From positions 1 through 11,374 of the forward strand of contig CBFFSA010000093.1 of the NCBI GenBank assembly GCA_965644495.1: a DNA stretch of 11,374 nt, given 5' to 3'. Every line of letters starts with the position of its first letter. Positions within the stretch are counted from its first letter, which is position 1. Below are positions 7,335-11,374 of this stretch, in pieces. Source of the stretch: Perkinsela sp. CCAP 1560/9. Its lineage: Eukaryota > Protista > Euglenozoa: Kinetoplastea. The position numbers were made by a program, and so were the translations under genes. The notes beneath the pieces are model-generated. The model ran no database searches. It was not told the origin of the DNA and was given only the letters and a program-made list of their open reading frames with translations.

Positions 7335-10217
7335 TTATTCTTCTTGCTGGGAGGAACAAAGCTTCTCCCCCTTCTCTTCTCCTCCCTTCTCTTCCTTTTC
7401 TCCCTCTTTCTCCTCTTTTTCTTCCTTCTCTTCCTCCTTCCCCTTCTCCTTTTCGTCCCTCTCTTCCTCCTTCTCTTCCTCCTTCCCCTTCTCCTTCTCC
7501 TCCTTCTCCTTTTCGTCCTTTTCGTCCTTTTCGTCCTTCTCTTCCTCCTTCTCTTCCTCCTTCCCCTTCTCCTTTTCGTCCCTCTCTTCCTCCTTCTCTT
7601 CCTCCTTCCCCTTCTCCTCCTTCTCCTTCTCCTTTTCGTCCTTTTCGTCCTTTTCGTCCTTCTCTTCCTCCTTCTCTTCCTCCTTCCCCTTCTCCTCCTT
7701 CCCCTTTTCCTTTTCGTCCTTTTCGTCCTTCTCTTCCTCCTTCCCCTTCTCCTCCTTCTCCTTTTCGTCCTTTCCGTCCTTTTCGTCCTTCTCTTCCTCC
7801 TTCTCTTCCTCCTTCCCCTTCTCCTTTTCGTCCCTCTCTTCCTCCTTCTCTTCCTCCTTCCCCTTCTCTTTCTCCTCCTTCTCCTTTTCGTCCTTTTCGT
7901 CCTTCTCTTCGTCCTTCTCTTCCTCCTTCCCCTTCTCCTCCTTCCCCTCCTCCTTTTCTTCCTCCCCCTTTTCTTCTTCCTCCTCCCCTTTCTTTTGTAA
8001 TTGAAAAGTATTTCTCACAAAAGGATTCATTGAGGCTATAATTTGAACTCTCCCAATCTCTTCCTTCCCCTGATAAACAATCACATCGAGGTCATGTTTG
8101 CCAGGGTTTTCAAAAGTGAAACTGGAGTTCCATATCACTCGCTTTTTCTGCACTGTCTTCACTTCTGTTTCTTGTATTTTATCACCAACTTTGACTTGCG
8201 TCCACACCTCAGAAGAAGATGAAGGTGAAGGCGAAGGTGAAGGTGAAGCAGATGAAGATGGGTCTTCTTCTTCATCTTCTAAGAAGGGAAGGTACAGATC
8301 ATTCACCCCTACCACAATACTATCACCCAATGAACAACGAGAGAGTAAGATAGAGCCCAAATTTTCATTCTTCTTGGGGTGTGTGGTAAGATCCATTGGA
8401 TCACAGTCATCTCGTGCGTCTCCCACACGCTTAATAGCCTCTACAGCCAGTGGTAATTGCGTAACTGCTACTGCTCCTGCCTCTTTCGTTAAATCCGCGA
8501 TTTTTTTCTTGGTTTCTTCCTCGCTTTCTTGAACACGACCTCCCGCAAGGAGAATACCAGCTGCTCCTGCTCCAACAATACCAATAAAAACGCTCTTTCT
8601 TGTACTTTCTTTTTGTTTTTCATCTCCTTTCTCCAATTTGTAGCATCCTTTGAGCTCAAAGTCGGAGGTGACCCTGATGATGCAATAGTAGTGATGAGAA
8701 TCCATGACAACACCATCATCATAAAGAGAGATTTCGAGAAGAGATTCGTCGAGAGGATTTAAGGGATCGTTTCCGTATTTTAGAGGTTCTAATAGGAACA
8801 CCTGATTGAAATTGGGGTTGCCTGACTTCACAGCAGTGCCAGTCCCGTATTTTGCTCCTTGCCACGAGACCATAGCAAAATATCGTCGAATTGAAAGAGA
8901 CTTCGCACTCAGAAGAACCAGCTTGATTCTTCCATCTTGATCGAGAAGAAAGGGGTTGAAGTCGAGATAGAGGGCCAGCGCATTGACTGGTTGGGAACAA
9001 AGCTTCTCTGCATCTTCCTCTTTCCCCTTCTCCTTCTCCTTCTCCTTTCCCTTTTCCTTCTCTTTCTCCTTTCCCTTTTCCTTCTCTTCCTCCTTTCCCT
9101 TCTCCTTCTCTTTCTCCTTCCCCTTTTCCTTCTCTTTCTCCTCTTTTCCCTTTTCCTTCTCTTTCTCTTTCTCCTTCCCCTTCTCCTTCTCTCCCTTTTC
9201 CTCCTTTTCTTCTCCCTTCTCCTCTTTCTTTTGAAGGTAAAAAATGTTTCTCACAGGTTTCTCTGAGGATGGAATGTTGACTCTCCCAATTTCCTCCTTC
9301 CCCTGAAAAACAATCACTTCGAGGTCACGGTTGATCCCAGGGTTTTCAAAAGTGAAACTGGAGTTCCATATCACTCGCTTTTTCTGCACTGTCTTCTCTT
9401 CCGTTTCCTGTGGTTTTCCAACTCCAACTTTGACTTGCACCCTCATCCCAAGTGAAGAAGATGAACACAAACATGAACATGAACATGATGAAGATGAAGA
9501 GGGAGAGGAAGAGGAAGAGGAAGAGGAAGAGGAAGAGGAAGAGGAAGAGGAAGAGGAAGAGGAAGATGAAGAGGAAGAGGAAGATGAAGATGGGTCTTCT
9601 TCATCTTCTAAGAAGCGAAGGTACAGATCATTCACCCCTACCACAATGCTATCACCCAATGAAAAACGGGAGAGAAAGATCGTTCCCAAATTTTCATCCT
9701 TCTTAGGGGGTGTGGTAAGGTCCATTGGATAGTCCTCTACAGCCTTTGGTATTTGACAAACTTCTGCCGCTGCTTTCGATAAACTTTCGAAGTCTTCTTT
9801 GTTTGCAAGTTGAATTGATGTTGTTCCACTTGCTTTTGCACTTAAAATCATGCTATTTCTTTTCCTATTTCTTTTTTTTTCATCTCCTTTCTCCAATTCA
9901 TAGTGTTTTTGAAGCACAAAGTCGGAGGTGACCCTGATGATACAATAGTAGTGAAGAGAATCCATTACAACACCATCATCATAAAGAGAGATTTCGAGAA
10001 GAGATTCGTTGTATCTTGCAAAAGGAGAATGTAAGTTGAACACCTGATTGAAATTGGGGTTGTCTGACTTCAAAGCAGTACTCGTCTCGTGTTTTACCCC
10101 TTGCCACTTGATCACAGCAAAATATCGTCGACTTGTCGAAAGAGACTTAGCACTGAGAATAATCAGTTCCATCTTTCCATCGATATCGGGTGGGCTGAGG
10201 TTGAGGAAGAGGGCCAT
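7335..10217 (-). CDS. 960-aa tandem C2-domain protein: two copies of [C2A - linker - C2B with Ser insert - K/E-rich tract]
   Basis: C2 pattern LIILSAKSL..YFAVIKWQG.K..T.....NPNFNQVF.L....LEISLYDD occurs twice; a second C2-like pattern VVGVNDL..VQVKVG...QETE....KRVIWNSSFTFE....LEVIV.Q...EIGRV.I also occurs twice. Uninterrupted 2.9-kb ORF with no intron. Confidence 0.85.
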   Translation of the reverse strand: MALFLNLSPPDIDGKMELIILSAKSLSTSRRYFAVIKWQGVKHETSTALKSDNPNFNQVFNLHSPFARYNESLLEISLYDDGVVMDSLHYYCIIRVTSDFVLQKHYELEKGDEKKRNRKRNSMILSAKASGTTSIQLANKEDFESLSKAAAEVCQIPKAVEDYPMDLTTPPKKDENLGTIFLSRFSLGDSIVVGVNDLYLRFLEDEEDPSSSSSSSSSSSSSSSSSSSSSSSSSSSSSPSSSSSCSCSCLCSSSSLGMRVQVKVGVGKPQETEEKTVQKKRVIWNSSFTFENPGINRDLEVIVFQGKEEIGRVNIPSSEKPVRNIFYLQKKEEKGEEKEEKGEKEKGKEKEKEKEKGKEEKEKEKGKEKEKEKGKEEEKEKGKEKEKEKGKEKEKEKGKEEDAEKLCSQPVNALALYLDFNPFLLDQDGRIKLVLLSAKSLSIRRYFAMVSWQGAKYGTGTAVKSGNPNFNQVFLLEPLKYGNDPLNPLDESLLEISLYDDGVVMDSHHYYCIIRVTSDFELKGCYKLEKGDEKQKESTRKSVFIGIVGAGAAGILLAGGRVQESEEETKKKIADLTKEAGAVAVTQLPLAVEAIKRVGDARDDCDPMDLTTHPKKNENLGSILLSRCSLGDSIVVGVNDLYLPFLEDEEEDPSSSASPSPSPSPSSSSEVWTQVKVGDKIQETEVKTVQKKRVIWNSSFTFENPGKHDLDVIVYQGKEEIGRVQIIASMNPFVRNTFQLQKKGEEEEEKGEEEKEEGKEEKGKEEEKDEEKDEKDEKEKEEKEKGKEEEKEEERDEKEKGKEEEKEEEKDEKDGKDEKEKEEKGKEEEKDEKDEKEKGKEEKGKEEEKEEEKDEKDEKDEKEKEKEEKGKEEEKEEERDEKEKGKEEEKEEEKDEKDEKDEKEKEEKEKGKEEEKEEERDEKEKGKEEEKEEKEEKEGEKEEKGGEEKGEKLCSSQQEE
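7365..7995 (-). repeat. Coding K/E/D/G minisatellite (about 210 aa) with higher-order periodicity
   Basis: The + strand is almost pure pyrimidine; the ERDEKEKGKEEEKEE block recurs at about 7454, 7577 and 7829 (123 and 252 bp spacing). Confidence 0.92.
9015..9232 (-). repeat. Coding K/E-rich tract of unit 1 (EKEKGK repeats)
   Basis: Translation KEKEKGKEKEKEKGKEEEKEKGK... Confidence 0.9.
9460..9592 (-). repeat. (GAGGAA)n microsatellite encoding poly-Ser plus SCSCSCLC inserted in C2B of unit 1
   Basis: Direct reading; the unit 2 equivalent is the shorter SSSASPSPSPSPSSSS. Confidence 0.9.
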
Positions 10218-10367
10218 CGCATCGACTTTTGAATGGGGTTGTTGGGAGCTAAACGAGAAAGAAAAAAGAACAACTTTCTTTTTTGATTTTGATAAAAACC
10301 AAATAATACTAAATAAGGATTAAAAATGAATGTTTTTTTTTTTGTCGGAAAAACTATTTTCGGGAGA
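10218..10367. promoter_or_regulatory. Putative compact bidirectional promoter between the C2 gene and the RING-HET gene
   Basis: Only 150 bp (108 bp if the ATG at 10326 is used) of AT-rich DNA lies between the divergent start codons. Confidence 0.45.
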
Positions 10368-11374
10368 ATGAGCGGATTTGATGGAGGAGAAGGCGAGAAA
10401 GGAGAAAGAAAAAGAAGAAAGAAAGAAGAAGAAAAAGAAGAAGAAGAAGAAGAAGAAGAAGAAGAAGAAGAAGAAGAAGAAAAAGAAGAAGAAGAAGAAG
10501 AAAAAGAAGAAGAAGAAGAAGAAAAAGAAGAAGAAGAAGAGGTGGAAAGAACAGGACAAGTAAAGTGTGAAAGGTGTTCTGAGATAAGATTATTCTGGCG
10601 TCTTCTTTGTAAGCATTCTTTTTGTGAAGACTGTTTAAAACAATGGTTTATTTCTCCATCATCTCGCAAAGGCAATTGCCCTGTTTGTTACATCGAGAAC
10701 GAACCATACAACGGAATGTGTTACATCCCTTACAGTGAGATTTTCGATATCGAAAGGGATAATGCCCAGATTTGGGAGAACTTCCAAAGATACCAAGATC
10801 TAAGATTAAAAACTGATGCTGTGAAACAACTTAACTTCAATGCTTGGAATAAGGGGAATCTCCGTTGTCTCCTTTTCATTTCGCACAGATGGGAAACGCC
10901 AGAGCATCCTGACAAACGCAAAAATAAGTTGTCTATTATCAAGGATATGGTTCAGGCGGTTTATGATGAGGCGGTTAAAAACGAGGATTCCATTTATTCT
11001 CAGCGAGATAATGGTCGCATGAATCGGGTGTCGTTAAAGGAGTGGGCGATGATGAATAAAGAATCCTTTAAGGATTTTGTAAAGGGGATTGGTGTTTGGA
11101 TCGATTACTCTTGTATCCCCCAACCCCAACCCCGAGGTGGTGTAAAGCTGACCAAAAAATTGAAAAATGAAAAAAGAGAAGCGCTTTGCGAGTTAAACAA
11201 CATCATTTCCTTCTCTACTCTCTTGGTCATTGATACTCACAAGTGCAAGGGTGATAAGGGTCGGTGTTCAGGGGACCCTAGATGTGGGTGGCATTTTTTG
11301 TCGAGAACTTGGTGTTTGGTCGAGCTGATTGTTTCAGAAGCCTATTCTATCTCCATCGTTTACCTCAAGCGAAG
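10368..11374 (+). CDS. RING finger (C3HC4) - HET/TIR-like domain fusion protein, 3'-partial (at least 335 aa); alternative in-frame ATG at 10326
   Basis: Frame 3 is open from the ATG to the window end: MSGFDGGEGEKGERKRRKK, poly-Glu, then CERC-x10-CKH-x2-CEDC-x14-CPVC (10566-10688, with W four residues after the sixth ligand), then MCYIPYSEIF...FQRYQDL, FISHRWETPEHPD (10875-10913), VWIDYSCIPQ (11094-11123) and FLSRTWCLVEL (11295-11327), the three hallmark HET-domain (PF06985-like) motifs. Confidence 0.88.
   Translation, partial: MSGFDGGEGEKGERKRRKKEEEKEEEEEEEEEEEEEEEKEEEEEEKEEEEEEKEEEEEVERTGQVKCERCSEIRLFWRLLCKHSFCEDCLKQWFISPSSRKGNCPVCYIENEPYNGMCYIPYSEIFDIERDNAQIWENFQRYQDLRLKTDAVKQLNFNAWNKGNLRCLLFISHRWETPEHPDKRKNKLSIIKDMVQAVYDEAVKNEDSIYSQRDNGRMNRVSLKEWAMMNKESFKDFVKGIGVWIDYSCIPQPQPRGGVKLTKKLKNEKREALCELNNIISFSTLLVIDTHKCKGDKGRCSGDPRCGWHFLSRTWCLVELIVSEAYSISIVYLKR
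10425..10541 (+). repeat. (GAA)n coding microsatellite encoding poly-Glu interrupted by Lys
   Basis: Direct reading; in frame with the RING-HET ORF. Confidence 0.92.

Larger units (their letters stand above)
7345..10248 (-). repeat. Intragenic tandem duplication: unit 1 about 10248-9000, unit 2 about 9000-7350
   Basis: Long near-identical DNA blocks, e.g. ccagggttttcaaaagtgaaactggagttccatatcactcgctttttctgcactgtcttc at 8101 and about 9337, and caccatcatcataaagagagatttcgagaagagattcgt at 8711 and 9971. Confidence 0.92.

Noticed and set aside
7170-8004. Leu/Phe-rich 276-aa and Ser/Phe-rich 230-aa + strand ORFs that look like membrane proteins
   Set aside because: Antisense shadows of the K/E minisatellite; pyrimidine-only DNA cannot contain stop codons. 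The same applies to 8937-9266 and 8983-9234.
8556-8591. IGIVGAGAAG resembling a Rossmann GxGxxG FAD/NAD-binding motif
   Set aside because: It sits in a short linker between C2 domains, with no following beta-alpha-beta strand or room for a Rossmann fold.
10163-10675. Poly-Ser, poly-Phe and poly-Lys ORFs (10163-10675, 10320-10559, 10378-10563)
   Set aside because: Alternate readings of the (GAA)n tract; only frame 3 on + continues into the RING and HET domains.

Overview
Eukaryotic DNA with spliceosomal GT-AG introns and pyrimidine-rich intron bodies, probably from a protist and possibly amoeba-like; the taxon cannot be fixed from sequence alone. From left to right: (i) a degenerate coding-like 3' fragment (to 592, +); (ii) an intact two-exon nodulin-like MFS transporter (706-2213, -); (iii) a frameshifted F-box gene (about 3077-3636, +) whose last exon splices in phase into (iv) a heavily frameshifted multi-exon type I surface protein with four Cys-containing repeats of about 125-145 aa, a Pro/Ser/Thr stalk, a TM helix and an acidic tail (3783-6103, +); (v) an AT-rich spacer with a cluster of palindromes (6919-7116); (vi) an intronless 960-aa protein built from two tandem copies of a [C2-C2-K/E tract] unit (7335-10217, -); and, head-to-head with it, (vii) an ORF missing from the supplied track because it runs off the window (10368 to >11374, +), encoding poly-Glu + C3HC4 RING finger + HET/TIR-like domain with the FISHxW, WxDYxCIPQ and RxWCxxE motifs. 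The RING-HET fusion divergently paired with the tandem-C2 protein is the best candidate for an undescribed immunity or cell-death module. All domain calls come from reading motifs by eye; no database search was run.
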